A stretch of DNA of 64,000 bases from Sedimentisphaerales bacterium (GCA_963666285.1 OY762711.1); one strand, 5' to 3'. Positions 30,514 through 41,413 are shown, counted from the stretch's first letter. The notes: generated from the sequence alone by a model not told the origin. A program made the numbers and translations.

Positions 30514-33006
30514 ATGATTAGAAATTTAAGCACTATAATAAATCTTAAGCTTCTTTCTCTGGCTCTTGCTATGTCAATTGGCATTTTGAATGTTTCTCTT
30601 GCAGGCGACGGGGCAGATATTGATTTGACTGTAGATTTAGATCGGCCTTTACATTCTGTTAGCCCCTTACTTTATGGCTTGTTCTTTGAAGATATTAACT
30701 TTGCCGCTGACGGCGGCTTGTACGCCGAGCAGGTTCAAAATCGGTCTTTTGAGTTCGACGAAGCTCTTTTTGGCTGGGAAATCACCAGGGATGCCGGCTG
30801 TCGGGTTGAAGTCACAGACATTGAACCTCTAAATACCGTTAATATTCATTACCTGAGCCTCTCTATTGCCAATAAAAATGATGTTTTGATCAAAAATTCA
30901 GGTTTTGGTGGTATTGTAACCCAAAAAGGTTTAAGCTTTAATTTCTCCTTTTATGCCAGGGCCAATAACACTTTTCTAGGTAATATTTCAGTTAATCTGG
31001 TTGATAGAAATGGCGATAATATCGGTAGTGTTCAAATAGGTAAAAAACTTTCTGCGAATTGGGAAAGATATACCGGCACTATCACAGCTGAGGCAGATGA
31101 GAATCTTGCCGGTTTGGTTTTGCTGGTTAATGGAATAGGTAATTTAGAATTTGATATGATATCTTTATTCCCGTCAAATACCTGGAGGTCTCAGGATAAC
31201 GGTCTAAGGGCGGATCTTGTACAAATGCTCTACGATCTGAAACCTGGATTCTTCCGCTTCCCCGGTGGTTGTGTTGTTGAAGGGTATGATCTTACAAATT
31301 CTTATAACTGGAAAAATTCTATCGGTAATATCTCTGCGAGAAAAGTAAACTGGAATAGGTGGCGTAGCTGGAACAGGCCGCCGCAATACTATCAATCGTT
31401 AGGGCTCGGGTTTTACGAATATTTTCGTCTAAGCGAAGATATTGGGGCCGAGCCGCTGCCGATTATAAATTGTGGTATGGCCTGCCAGTATGAAACAGGG
31501 CAGCTTGTACCTTTGGATCAGCTTGATCCTTATGTGCAAGATGCGCTGGATCTTATCGAGTTTGCTAATGGCCCTGCTGACAGTACCTGGGGGGCAAAGA
31601 GAGCTGAGGCCGGTCACCCGGAACCATTCAATCTCAAGTATATTGGTGTTGGTAACGAACAGTGGGGCGAGGAATATTTTAAGAGATACGATATCTTCTA
31701 CAAGGCTATTAAATCTGCCTATCCTGATATGAACATTATTTCTACTTCCGGTCCTTCTTCCGATGGGAAATGGTATGACCTGGCATGGAATAAGTTTAAA
31801 TCTGGCACACCCGCTGATTTGGTTGATGAGCATTATTATCGTTCTCCAGGATGGTTCCTGCAAAATGATAACCGGTACGATTCTTATGATCGCACCGGGC
31901 CCAAAGTATTTGCTGGTGAGTATGCTGCTCATGGTAATGGAAAAAGAAATACTTTGTACACGGCTATCACCGAAGCGGCATTTATGACCGGCCTTGAACG
32001 AAATTCAGATATCGTTGAAATGGCTGCTTATGCACCGCTTATGGCAAAAGATGGCTTTACCCAGTGGACCCCTGATTTGATCTTTTTCGATAATACCAGG
32101 GTGTTTGGTACTCCTTCGTATTATGTTCAGAAATTATTCAGTGAATGCAAAGGTACTGAATATCTCAGTTCTAAAATTGATGATAAACAGACTCTTATCG
32201 CAAAACCGGCTGGCAAGGTAGGGCTTTCTACCTGGAGAACAGCAGCAGAGTTTAAGGATGTGAAAGTCGTTTCTTCTGGAAAGGAACTTATCTCTTCGCC
32301 TGCTGCTTCTCATTGGCATGCCGGACCCGGAAAATGGAGTTTTGGTAATAATTCTTACATACAGGCTGACTCTTCTGTCGATGGAGCTGTCTGTTTTGTT
32401 GGCGATGCCGGCTGGGAAAATTACACTCTAACTCTTAAAGCTAAAAAGATTTCCGGACAGGAAGGATTCATTATCTGCTTCAGACGTGATAATAATGATG
32501 ACGGTCTGCAGTGGAATATTGGCGGCTGGGGTAATACCAGGCATGCTGTTCAGGCTGTGGATGGCGGATCCAGTTCTGTCTTAACTGAACGTGACGGTAG
32601 TGTTGATAGTGACAAATGGTATAATGTTAAAATAGAGCTGAATGGCGAAAATGTTAAATGCTTCTTGGATGGAAATCTTATTCACGACCTTGATATCCCG
32701 GTTAGAGTTTCAAAAAGACTTTATGCTTCATGTACCAGGGATTCTGAAAATGGAATTGTCTATATCAAGGCGGTTAACCCTACAGCTGAACCTTTAAACT
32801 TAAAAGTGAATCTTCGCGGCAGCATTAAACTTGCCTCACAGGCGTCAGTTGTATTATTCACTGCGGATGATCGCGAAATGGAAAATTCATTGGAAATGCC
32901 TCAAAATGTCTATCCTGAATCTTTTACATTTGACGGAGTTTCCGATAATTTTGAATATCCATTAAAACCTTATTCTTTAACTGTAATTAAAGCGAGAGAG
33001 CGATAA
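30514..33006 (+). CDS. Alpha-L-arabinofuranosidase GH51 with an N-terminal CBM4/9-like region and an inserted LamG/CBM66-like domain
   Basis: YGLFFEDINFAADGGLYAE, FRFPGGCVVEG, LGFYEYF, GVGNEQWG, DEHYY, GEYAAH, GLERNSDIV, YAPL. Confidence 0.93.
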   Translation: MIRNLSTIINLKLLSLALAMSIGILNVSLAGDGADIDLTVDLDRPLHSVSPLLYGLFFEDINFAADGGLYAEQVQNRSFEFDEALFGWEITRDAGCRVEVTDIEPLNTVNIHYLSLSIANKNDVLIKNSGFGGIVTQKGLSFNFSFYARANNTFLGNISVNLVDRNGDNIGSVQIGKKLSANWERYTGTITAEADENLAGLVLLVNGIGNLEFDMISLFPSNTWRSQDNGLRADLVQMLYDLKPGFFRFPGGCVVEGYDLTNSYNWKNSIGNISARKVNWNRWRSWNRPPQYYQSLGLGFYEYFRLSEDIGAEPLPIINCGMACQYETGQLVPLDQLDPYVQDALDLIEFANGPADSTWGAKRAEAGHPEPFNLKYIGVGNEQWGEEYFKRYDIFYKAIKSAYPDMNIISTSGPSSDGKWYDLAWNKFKSGTPADLVDEHYYRSPGWFLQNDNRYDSYDRTGPKVFAGEYAAHGNGKRNTLYTAITEAAFMTGLERNSDIVEMAAYAPLMAKDGFTQWTPDLIFFDNTRVFGTPSYYVQKLFSECKGTEYLSSKIDDKQTLIAKPAGKVGLSTWRTAAEFKDVKVVSSGKELISSPAASHWHAGPGKWSFGNNSYIQADSSVDGAVCFVGDAGWENYTLTLKAKKISGQEGFIICFRRDNNDDGLQWNIGGWGNTRHAVQAVDGGSSSVLTERDGSVDSDKWYNVKIELNGENVKCFLDGNLIHDLDIPVRVSKRLYASCTRDSENGIVYIKAVNPTAEPLNLKVNLRGSIKLASQASVVLFTADDREMENSLEMPQNVYPESFTFDGVSDNFEYPLKPYSLTVIKARER

Positions 33007-33158
33007 TGTTTTTTATTCTAAAAGATATTTTTCATGGAACTTTGTTGGAAAGGAGGTTCTGTAGACTTAGATAGATTTTTGAAATTTTGGTGGTGCCGGT
33101 AATTAGAAGATACAGGCCGGTTGTTGGTAAGCAAATACTTATTTTATGGAGAACTGAA

Positions 33159-35390
33159 ATGTATAAGAAAAATGTAATTTTAAGTGTGTTTCTGGCAATG
33201 TTTATTTCTTTGCCTCTCTCTGCGGCAACTGTCGCTCATTGGACTTTTGAAGATGGTGTTCCCGGCGAGCCTTTCACTGACTCTGAGGCCGGTGAAGCTG
33301 ATGGTAGTGGCGGTTCTGTTGATCTTATCGGCGGCTATTTAATGCGGGGTTGGAGTGACTATTATGGCCCTTACTTCTCTGACAATACTCCCTGGGGTTC
33401 ATTTGTGGCTATGTCGAATGCTGATAATCATCAGGATGGATATTGTACTGACGAAGCTATTACCGGCTGGTCTCCATCTGTATGGACCATTGAATGTTCT
33501 ATTCTGCTTGAAGAGATTGATGGCTGGGAAACTTTTATTGGTCGTGATGGATCAACGAACGGTGATACCGAAGCTGATTTCTATTTTTCAAACAATGGTG
33601 AAGATGACAGGTTCCGTATAAATGTCGAAACTATCACTAGCGAACGCTGGATTCTCGATGGTGACTATACTGTTGAGACTAACAAATGGTACAATATACT
33701 CGCTATGAGTGATGGTGTCTCATTGTCAATGTGGCTTGATGACGGTGCCGGTTATCAGCAGATCGGCAAGATGGACATTTCTTCGCAGAGTATTGCAGAT
33801 AATGCTCTGGCTGTTAACAACTTCACATGGACATTTGGTCGTGGCTGGTTTAATGGAGACTATGTTGACCATATCGATGGTGGAATGGATAATATCCGGT
33901 TTATGGATACTGCAATAGTTCCTGCCTCTGGTGGCTTTGCTTCCAGTCTTAATAATGATGGTAGTGTAGGTACTCTGCAGCAGGACGAAACAGTTAATCT
34001 TGAACTCAACTTCAAAGCTGCTGTTGACCCTAATGATGCTGTTGAGTCTACGCTGTTAAAACATTATATTTATCTGTCTAGCGGTACAGATACTGATCCG
34101 AATCTTGTGCTTTACGCTACGGTTGACCATACTGATTATAATGATTCAAGTGTTACCTATTCAATCAATGGTCTTACTAACGGATCTACTTATTACTGGG
34201 CTGTAGAAGAAGGGTTTGACAGTGGAAATGGCACTGCTTATCCCGCAGGAAATAGCAATAATATCACTAGTGTTACATGGGAATTTACTACTATTGGTTT
34301 AACTCCTTCTATTGTTTCCGGACCGGATGATGCTATTGCCAAGCCTGACGCTACTTTTAGTGTGCAGGGCTCTCCTGTTGCTGAAACCTTCCAGTGGTTT
34401 AAAGTTGATGAAGCTGGCGATATTATGCTTACAGACGATGCTGTTTTCTCTGGCACTGCTTCTACCGATCTGACAGTTACAGGTGCTACCCTGGCAGAAG
34501 AAGGTCAGTATTATTGTATTGCCTATAACGGGCAGACTCCTTCTGCTCCTTCTCGTGCTGCTTATCTGTGGACTTCGCGTCTGATTGGTCACTGGAAATT
34601 TGATGACAACCTGGCTGACTCTGTAACTGATATTGTTGCCGGGGTGCCTGTTCACGATGGCGAAGTTATAATCAGTTCTGCTGCAACAGCTGCTGATGGG
34701 GCTGTTAGCTATGAAGCCGGTATTGACGGTAATGCTGTCAGCTTTAATAACGATGGTGATATTGTTCAAATTCCGAATTCTGAATACTTTAACTTCTTCC
34801 CTGGCGATATGACTGTTAGCATATGGTACAAGGTAAATGAGGCAAAGGGCTGGTTGCTGCCTATATCTAAACTTGATGGACAGGTTTCCGGTTGGCTGAT
34901 TGGTACTAATAACGAATCGACCGCTAATGCTGCATTTATTCTTGAAGTACCTAACAACTGGTTGGATGGTCGTTCTGAAGTTGATACTGGTGACGGCCAG
35001 TGGCATATGCTGACTTTGACTTATGACGCCGAATCTGAAACTATGACTGCCTATACTGACGGTGAAAGAGATGCTTATGCGACAGGTGTAGTTATTGCTC
35101 CGGATCTTGTCCCTGCTGCTCCTCTTTATATCGGTGGCTTTGAGTCTCAGTTGTCAATCAACGGTGCTATTGATGATGTCAGGATATACAGTTATGACTT
35201 TACTGCAACTGAGGTTGCTGCTCTGTATAACGAGATGAAACCTGATGAGTATGTTTGTCTTGCTACTTTAGAAGATTCTCTGGTGCATGACCTTAATGAC
35301 GACTGCCGTATTACTGTTGCTGATTTTGCAATATTTGCACAGGATTGGTTGGTTTGTGAACGCTATCCAGGCGATTCTTGTGAATGGTAA
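33159..35390 (+). CDS. Secreted non-catalytic protein: LamG, Fn3-like, Ig, LamG, C-terminal dockerin-like repeat
   Basis: GGAGA RBS before ATG 33159 (ORF track starts at 33087). VAHWTFEDG...MDNIRF; FQWFK...GQYYC (Ig); LIGHWKFDD...GAIDDVRIY; HDLNDDCRITVADFAIFAQDWL. Confidence 0.82.
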   Translation: MYKKNVILSVFLAMFISLPLSAATVAHWTFEDGVPGEPFTDSEAGEADGSGGSVDLIGGYLMRGWSDYYGPYFSDNTPWGSFVAMSNADNHQDGYCTDEAITGWSPSVWTIECSILLEEIDGWETFIGRDGSTNGDTEADFYFSNNGEDDRFRINVETITSERWILDGDYTVETNKWYNILAMSDGVSLSMWLDDGAGYQQIGKMDISSQSIADNALAVNNFTWTFGRGWFNGDYVDHIDGGMDNIRFMDTAIVPASGGFASSLNNDGSVGTLQQDETVNLELNFKAAVDPNDAVESTLLKHYIYLSSGTDTDPNLVLYATVDHTDYNDSSVTYSINGLTNGSTYYWAVEEGFDSGNGTAYPAGNSNNITSVTWEFTTIGLTPSIVSGPDDAIAKPDATFSVQGSPVAETFQWFKVDEAGDIMLTDDAVFSGTASTDLTVTGATLAEEGQYYCIAYNGQTPSAPSRAAYLWTSRLIGHWKFDDNLADSVTDIVAGVPVHDGEVIISSAATAADGAVSYEAGIDGNAVSFNNDGDIVQIPNSEYFNFFPGDMTVSIWYKVNEAKGWLLPISKLDGQVSGWLIGTNNESTANAAFILEVPNNWLDGRSEVDTGDGQWHMLTLTYDAESETMTAYTDGERDAYATGVVIAPDLVPAAPLYIGGFESQLSINGAIDDVRIYSYDFTATEVAALYNEMKPDEYVCLATLEDSLVHDLNDDCRITVADFAIFAQDWLVCERYPGDSCEW

Positions 35391-35432
35391 TCCAGAGTTG
35401 TTAATATTTTAGATTTTTACAATAACAATGAT

Positions 35433-35478
35433 ATATTCACTCCGGCATGTTGCCGCATGTCGGGGTGGATATTTTTTT
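35433..35478 (+). terminator. Intrinsic terminator/stabilising hairpin after the LamG-dockerin gene
   Basis: ATATTCACTCCGGCATG-ttgccg-CATGTCGGGGTGGATAT followed by a T-run. Confidence 0.7.
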
Positions 35479-35486
35479 AAGAAATT

Positions 35487-36491
35487 ATGAAAGAGTTATT
35501 TATGAACAATCTGTGCAAATACTTTATGTTTTGTTTGATTTTCTTTCTATCAAATACGCTTTTGATTGCGGATAATACAGTTATTAATAATTCAGATACT
35601 GATGTTCAGAAAGATCAAAAATCTGCATTTAATCTTTTGTATAGTTCTTTTAGAGGTAACGGACAGGATGGTTTGCACCTCGCTTATAGTGAAGATGGGC
35701 TGGCATGGACTGCTTTGAAAGACGATAAATCTTTCCTCAAGCCGCTGGTGGGCGGTAAATTGATGCGAGATCCTAGTATTTGTCAGGGGCCGGACGGCAT
35801 GTTCCATATGGTATGGACTACCGGATGGTGGGACAAAGGTATTGGTGTTGCCCATTCTGCTGATTTAGTAAACTGGTCTGAGCAGAAATTTCTTTCTGTT
35901 ATGAAAGATGAACCTGATGCAAAAAACTGCTGGGCTCCTGAAATATTTTATGATGAGCCTACCAAAACATACTTGATTATCTGGTCAACTACCATACTTG
36001 GCAGATTTCCGGAAACTGAAAATTCTAAAGATGACAATAATCATCGAATTTATTATGTGGCTACTAAGGATTTTGTGACATATACACCTGCAAAGTTGTT
36101 TTACGATCCTGGGTTTAACGTAATTGATGCTTTTATTGCAAAAGACGATGATAAATATATATTGTTTATTAAAAATGAACAGAAAGTTCCTGTTGCAGAA
36201 AAGAATATTCGGATGGCCTTTTCCAGTAAAGCGGTAGGGCCGTATGGCCCCGCTGGTGATTCCATCTCGACTTCATGGGTCGAAGGACCTTCTGCTGTTA
36301 AAATCGACGGGAAATGGTTCTTATTTTTCGATGGATACACCCGTCACCGTATGGAAGGGCAGGTGTCATCGGATCTGAAGAATTGGACTGATATTACTGC
36401 TAAACTTAAGTTTCCTGCCGGTACCAGGCATGGAACCGTGTTTAAAGTATCCAATGAAGTTTTGAATAATCTTAAAAAAGTTAAGGAATAG
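35487..36491 (+). CDS. GH43 five-bladed propeller glycosidase (probable arabinofuranosidase)
   Basis: GLHLAYSEDG, LMRDPSI, FHMVWT, CWAPEI, FNVIDA, WVEGPS, RHGTV. Confidence 0.88.
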   Translation: MKELFMNNLCKYFMFCLIFFLSNTLLIADNTVINNSDTDVQKDQKSAFNLLYSSFRGNGQDGLHLAYSEDGLAWTALKDDKSFLKPLVGGKLMRDPSICQGPDGMFHMVWTTGWWDKGIGVAHSADLVNWSEQKFLSVMKDEPDAKNCWAPEIFYDEPTKTYLIIWSTTILGRFPETENSKDDNNHRIYYVATKDFVTYTPAKLFYDPGFNVIDAFIAKDDDKYILFIKNEQKVPVAEKNIRMAFSSKAVGPYGPAGDSISTSWVEGPSAVKIDGKWFLFFDGYTRHRMEGQVSSDLKNWTDITAKLKFPAGTRHGTVFKVSNEVLNNLKKVKE

Positions 36492-36634
36492 TAACTTTTG
36501 CAGTTTTCAGAGGTTGCCTTAAGTTGCAATTATTTTCAGAGGCTGCCTGAATAGTCAAAAGTGCGACATGTATCTGATGCGAAATATAAATCGCACTTAT
36601 AAATTATACTTATGTAAATGCCTGTTGGAGCATA

Positions 36635-39600
36635 ATGGATAGATTGCATAATAAGTTATTTGTTTTTATTTTATTATTTGTATTTGCTGCTGTTGCATGC
36701 GCTGATACTTATAACGAAAGAGACAATATATCTCTGGCTGGTACTTGGCGTTTAAAATTAGACTCTGAAAATGTTGGTATCGAACAGAAGTGGTATAACA
36801 CTGAGCTTGAAATCAAAATTGTGCTGCCCGGTATCTTTCAATCTCAAGGTTATGGTGATCTCATTACCAAAGATACCCCTTGGGTGCTTTCATTATACGA
36901 TCGTAACTGGTATTTGAGAAAAGACTATAAAGACTATGCCCGTCCTGGTAACACAAAAGTTCCTTTCCTGTGTCAGCCGCCCAGGCATTATCTTGGCAAA
37001 GCCTGGTATCAAAAGAATATAAATATTCCTGAATCCTGGGCTGGAAAAAGAGTGGGGCTATTCCTGGAAAGAACCCGCTGGGAGACTACTATATGGCTGG
37101 ACGGCAGCGAGATTGGCTCTTGTGACAGCCTGGTTGCCCCTCATGAATATGAACTTGGTATTCTAACACCAGGACCTCATAAACTTACCGTTTGCGTTGA
37201 TAACGGTATGCTGATGGGCTATCGGCCTGACGCCCATAGTGTCTCAGATTCGCTTGGCAGTACCTGGAATGGTATCGTGGGAAAGATTGAACTGTTCTGC
37301 TCCAGTCCTGTCTGGATTGATGAGATTCAGGCTTATCCCGATATTCACAAAAAAAATGTCTCCTTCATGGTTAAAATCGCAAATATAACTGGTAATGACG
37401 GCTCAGGTATAATTCAGGCCGGCAGCAAAAGTATACCGGTATCCTGGACTGCTTCTGGCGGAACTGCTGAATTTGAGATTCACTATGGTAATATCGAGCT
37501 GTGGAGCGAGTTTAATCCTAAAATATATCAGCTTGATATTTTTCTTAAGGGTAATAATATAGCAGATTCACGGCCTGTCAGTTTTGGTTTTCGCGAAATT
37601 AGTACAGATGGTAATGTCCTTTTGGTTAATGGTGTCCCCAGTCATTTCCGCGGTACTCATTCTGGTGGCGATTTCCCTGAAACGGGTTATCCTGCGACCG
37701 ATATTGACTATTGGCGTAATCTGTTTAGAATTTGCAGGGATTGGGGACTCAACCATATGAGATTCCACTCTTTCTGCCCGCCTGAGGCTGCCTTTTCCGC
37801 TGCCGATGAGCTGGGTATATACCTTCAGCCGGAAGCTGGCATGTGGAATGTGATCAGCCCGAATACCCCGATGGAAAAACGTATGTATGAGGAATGCGAG
37901 CGTATGATTCGTCACTATGGCAATCATCCTTCATTTGTCCTTTTCTCGCCCAGTAACGAACCAAAGGGACACTGGAAAGAGTCCCTTACCGATTGGGTTG
38001 AATATTATCGCAAAAAAGACACCAGAAGACTTTATACCACCGGTACCGGCTGGCCTCTTATCGAGAATCCCGGCCCGGTTAAAGGTGCTGATTTCCTGGC
38101 TGTACATCGTGTTGGCTACAGACCTGTCAGGGATGATCGTGCCTGGTTTGGCCGTAACTTCCTGAAATCGGTTGATGGCGTGGATGTTCCTGTTATTGTT
38201 CACGAGCTGGGTCAGTGGTGTGCTTATCCTGATTTTGATGTCATCAGAAAATTTACCGGCTATATGCAGCCTGGCAATTATGAAATCTTCCGTGATTCTA
38301 TGGCTAAAGCCGGCCTTCTTGATATGAATAAGAGGTTCGCCGATGCGTCTGGACGCCTTCAGGCGGCATGCTACAAAGAGGAAATTGAAGCCAACCTGAG
38401 GACTCCGGGGCTGGCCGGTTTCCAGCTGCTCGACCTTCATGACTATGTTGGGCAGGGTACTGCTTTAGTTGGTGTTCTGGATGCGTTCTGGCAGAACAAA
38501 GGCTATATCCGGCCTGCTCAGTGGCGCAGGTTCTGTAGTCCGACTGTACCCCTTGCCGTTTTGAAAAAACGTGTGTTCACGACTGACGAGCCGTTTGATA
38601 TCGACATTCAGATTGCCCATTATGGTCCTCAGCCGCTTAAAGATGCAATAATATACTGGCAGGTCATCAATACCCATGGCAAGATTGCTTTTAGCGGGGA
38701 ATTTCCTGTTGATAAAATCAGCCAGGGTAGTGCAATTGATGTCGGCCATATAAATGCTGATCTGGCCGGGTTAGCTGCTCCGGCACAATATCAGCTGGTT
38801 GTCGGTCTTTCAGGCACAAATATACGTAATGACTGGAACTTCTGGCTCTACCCCGCAAAAATGGATACTGCTGTTGCTGATAATGTCTTTGTTACCAGGT
38901 CGTTTGATGACGCCGTTGCTGAACTATCAAGGGGCCGCAGGGTATTACTGATACCCCGGGCTTCTCAGCTCCAATGGACTTGTCCTCCGATTGGCCGCAA
39001 GCCGATATTCTGGAACCGACTCATGGGGCCGAAATGGGAACGATTCCTGGGCTTGTTCTGTAACCCGAACCATCCGGCTCTTAAAGATTTCATTACCGAA
39101 AAATATTATCAGTGGCACTGGCGACAGGTATTTGAACCTTATTGCAGGGCAATAAACCTGGATAGTCTCCCTGGAGAACTGACACCGCTGGTCTGGATGA
39201 TTGATGACTGGAACAGAAATTATAAACTTGCCGCTTTATTCGAATGTAAGGTTGGCAAAGGCCGCCTGCTTGTCTCTGCCGCTGATTTAGAGACTAACCT
39301 TGAATCCAGGCCTGTTGCTGCTCAACTTAGGCAGAGTATCATCAATTATATGAGTTCGGAACTGTTTACCCCTGATGTAGCAATATCTGAAAAGCAGCTT
39401 ATGAGTTTACACTACGATAATCAGGTAATGCGTAAACTTGGTGCGGTTGCCGGTGCTGACTCAGAAAATGGGGCTTACAAGGCAGCTAATCTTATTGATG
39501 GTTTTCCTGATACTTACTGGTTATCTGCCGGCCCGAAGCAAAAAGGTAAATATCCTCATGAAGTAAATATAGAATTTCCGCAAAATGCTGATATTACCGG

Positions 39601-41305
39601 CCTGCTCATTATGAATCGTCAGGATCAGAGAGAGCATCAGGGTGACGTCTTGGAATATACTGTCGAAATTAGTAATGATGGCAATTCCTGGCAAATAGCA
39701 GCTAAAGGCACACTTGAATCAACTTTCGACCTTCAGGAAATTGACTTTGGCAAAAAGGTATCTCCAAAACATATTAAGTTGATTGCCGGCTCTGGTTTTG
39801 CCGGTGATCAGTATGCTTCTTTTGCTGAAATCGGTGTGATTTATGTTGGGCCGCCTCTTCCGGATAAACCTGTTTCAGCTGATACTGCTCCTGGTATTGT
39901 TTCTTCGGCAACTGAGGAAATGTACGAGGCTGTTGATATACTGCGCAGTTCAACTAATCAATGTGCAAAATATATTGAGGATATTACAGCTGACTCTGAA
40001 TCTAATACCGATCCGGTTGAGTATGCCTTTGACGGCAACCCGCAAACTTTCTGGCATTCTCAATGGCGTCAGAGTTTATCCGGCCACCCGCATTATATTT
40101 CTGTCGAACTCAAACAATCTATACTTATAAACGGATTACGATATTTGCCTAGACAAGATCATCCAAACGGCAGGATCAGGGATTATTCCATTGAAACCAG
40201 CTCAGACGGCAAGCAGTGGATTACTCGGGCAGATGGAAGTTTTTCTTCCGGTGCCGATGCTCAGATTGTTATGTTCGATAAGCCGGTTGACGCAAAATAT
40301 ATCAGGTTAGTAACTGAATCTGAACAGCGAAAACAGGATTTTGCCTCTGTTGCAGAACTTGTTATCCTGACAGCTGACAGCAAGCCTGCTCCCAAACCAT
40401 TATATCGCGACCCGGTTTTTGATGGTGCCGCTGACCCGGTATTATGCTTCAACCATGACGAGAATAAATGGTTCATGTTCTATACCAATCGTCGTGCCAA
40501 TGCTGAAGGACTCAGCGGCGTTTCCTGGGTACACGGCACACCTATCGGCATCGCCGAATCAGCTGATGGCGGTGTCACATGGAAATATCGCCAGGATGCC
40601 AACATTGGTTACAAGAAGGGTGATGATACTTATTGGGCTCCGGATGTAATGTATTACGATGGAACTTATCATATGTATCTTACTTATGTGCCGGGAATTT
40701 TTAACGACTGGTCGCATCCGAGGGATATTATCCATCTTACCAGTAAAAACCTGCTCGATTGGGACTACCAGTCAACCCTTAAGCTGGCCTCTGACAAGGT
40801 TATCGATGCTGATGTTTATCGACTGCCAAATGGTAAATGGCGTATGTGGTACAATAATGAAAGAGATAGAAAGTCTATCTATTACGCTGACAGCGATGAC
40901 CTTTATAACTGGCAGGATAAAGGCAAGGCCGTTGGCGATAGAGCCGGTGAAGGGCCGACTGTTTTTCAATGGAAAGACTACTATTGGATGGTAGTTGATA
41001 ATTGGCGGGGGCTTGGCATTTACCGATCCGAGGATTGTGTTCACTGGGACCGGCAAAAAGATAACCTGGTCCAGGTCCCCGGCACCGGTACTGATGACCA
41101 GGTTAAGGGCGGCCACCCGGATGTGGTGGTAAATAATGGCAGGGCCTATCTGTTCTATTTTACACATCCCGGCAGAACCGAAGATAATCGCGGTAAGGAT
41201 ACTTCAGAGCAGAGAAGAAGCTCGATTCAGGTTGTCGAACTGGAATATAAAGATGGCTGGCTGGCATGTGATAGGAATAAACAAACGTATATAAAATTAA
41301 AATAG
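36635..41305 (+). CDS. GH2 glycosidase fused to two F5/8 type C (CBM32-like) modules and a C-terminal GH43-like domain
   Basis: SLAGTW, FLERTRW, TWNGIVG, FGFREI, GLNHMRFHSFCPPEAAF, YGNHPSF, SNE, HELGQW. Discoidin motifs LIDGFPDTYW and AFDGNPQTFWHS. GH43-like YRDPVFDGAADP, YWAPDV, VIDADV, EGPTVF. Confidence 0.88.
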   Translation: MDRLHNKLFVFILLFVFAAVACADTYNERDNISLAGTWRLKLDSENVGIEQKWYNTELEIKIVLPGIFQSQGYGDLITKDTPWVLSLYDRNWYLRKDYKDYARPGNTKVPFLCQPPRHYLGKAWYQKNINIPESWAGKRVGLFLERTRWETTIWLDGSEIGSCDSLVAPHEYELGILTPGPHKLTVCVDNGMLMGYRPDAHSVSDSLGSTWNGIVGKIELFCSSPVWIDEIQAYPDIHKKNVSFMVKIANITGNDGSGIIQAGSKSIPVSWTASGGTAEFEIHYGNIELWSEFNPKIYQLDIFLKGNNIADSRPVSFGFREISTDGNVLLVNGVPSHFRGTHSGGDFPETGYPATDIDYWRNLFRICRDWGLNHMRFHSFCPPEAAFSAADELGIYLQPEAGMWNVISPNTPMEKRMYEECERMIRHYGNHPSFVLFSPSNEPKGHWKESLTDWVEYYRKKDTRRLYTTGTGWPLIENPGPVKGADFLAVHRVGYRPVRDDRAWFGRNFLKSVDGVDVPVIVHELGQWCAYPDFDVIRKFTGYMQPGNYEIFRDSMAKAGLLDMNKRFADASGRLQAACYKEEIEANLRTPGLAGFQLLDLHDYVGQGTALVGVLDAFWQNKGYIRPAQWRRFCSPTVPLAVLKKRVFTTDEPFDIDIQIAHYGPQPLKDAIIYWQVINTHGKIAFSGEFPVDKISQGSAIDVGHINADLAGLAAPAQYQLVVGLSGTNIRNDWNFWLYPAKMDTAVADNVFVTRSFDDAVAELSRGRRVLLIPRASQLQWTCPPIGRKPIFWNRLMGPKWERFLGLFCNPNHPALKDFITEKYYQWHWRQVFEPYCRAINLDSLPGELTPLVWMIDDWNRNYKLAALFECKVGKGRLLVSAADLETNLESRPVAAQLRQSIINYMSSELFTPDVAISEKQLMSLHYDNQVMRKLGAVAGADSENGAYKAANLIDGFPDTYWLSAGPKQKGKYPHEVNIEFPQNADITGLLIMNRQDQREHQGDVLEYTVEISNDGNSWQIAAKGTLESTFDLQEIDFGKKVSPKHIKLIAGSGFAGDQYASFAEIGVIYVGPPLPDKPVSADTAPGIVSSATEEMYEAVDILRSSTNQCAKYIEDITADSESNTDPVEYAFDGNPQTFWHSQWRQSLSGHPHYISVELKQSILINGLRYLPRQDHPNGRIRDYSIETSSDGKQWITRADGSFSSGADAQIVMFDKPVDAKYIRLVTESEQRKQDFASVAELVILTADSKPAPKPLYRDPVFDGAADPVLCFNHDENKWFMFYTNRRANAEGLSGVSWVHGTPIGIAESADGGVTWKYRQDANIGYKKGDDTYWAPDVMYYDGTYHMYLTYVPGIFNDWSHPRDIIHLTSKNLLDWDYQSTLKLASDKVIDADVYRLPNGKWRMWYNNERDRKSIYYADSDDLYNWQDKGKAVGDRAGEGPTVFQWKDYYWMVVDNWRGLGIYRSEDCVHWDRQKDNLVQVPGTGTDDQVKGGHPDVVVNNGRAYLFYFTHPGRTEDNRGKDTSEQRRSSIQVVELEYKDGWLACDRNKQTYIKLK

Positions 41306-41413
41306 TGTCATAATTTAATATTGCGGAAATTGTAAGAATTGTAATGTCGTATCGTGAGTAGTTTTTAGTGAAACAGTAATTTTTAATAGTTTTATTATTT
41401 CGAGGTGATTATT

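Noticed and set aside
33034..33102. 22-codon ORF (MELCWKGG...) as a leader peptide
   Set aside because: No SD upstream and no attenuator structure evident.
34299..35006. 235-aa antisense ORF and the many other nested short ORFs
   Set aside because: Shadow frames of well-supported genes, expected from codon bias.
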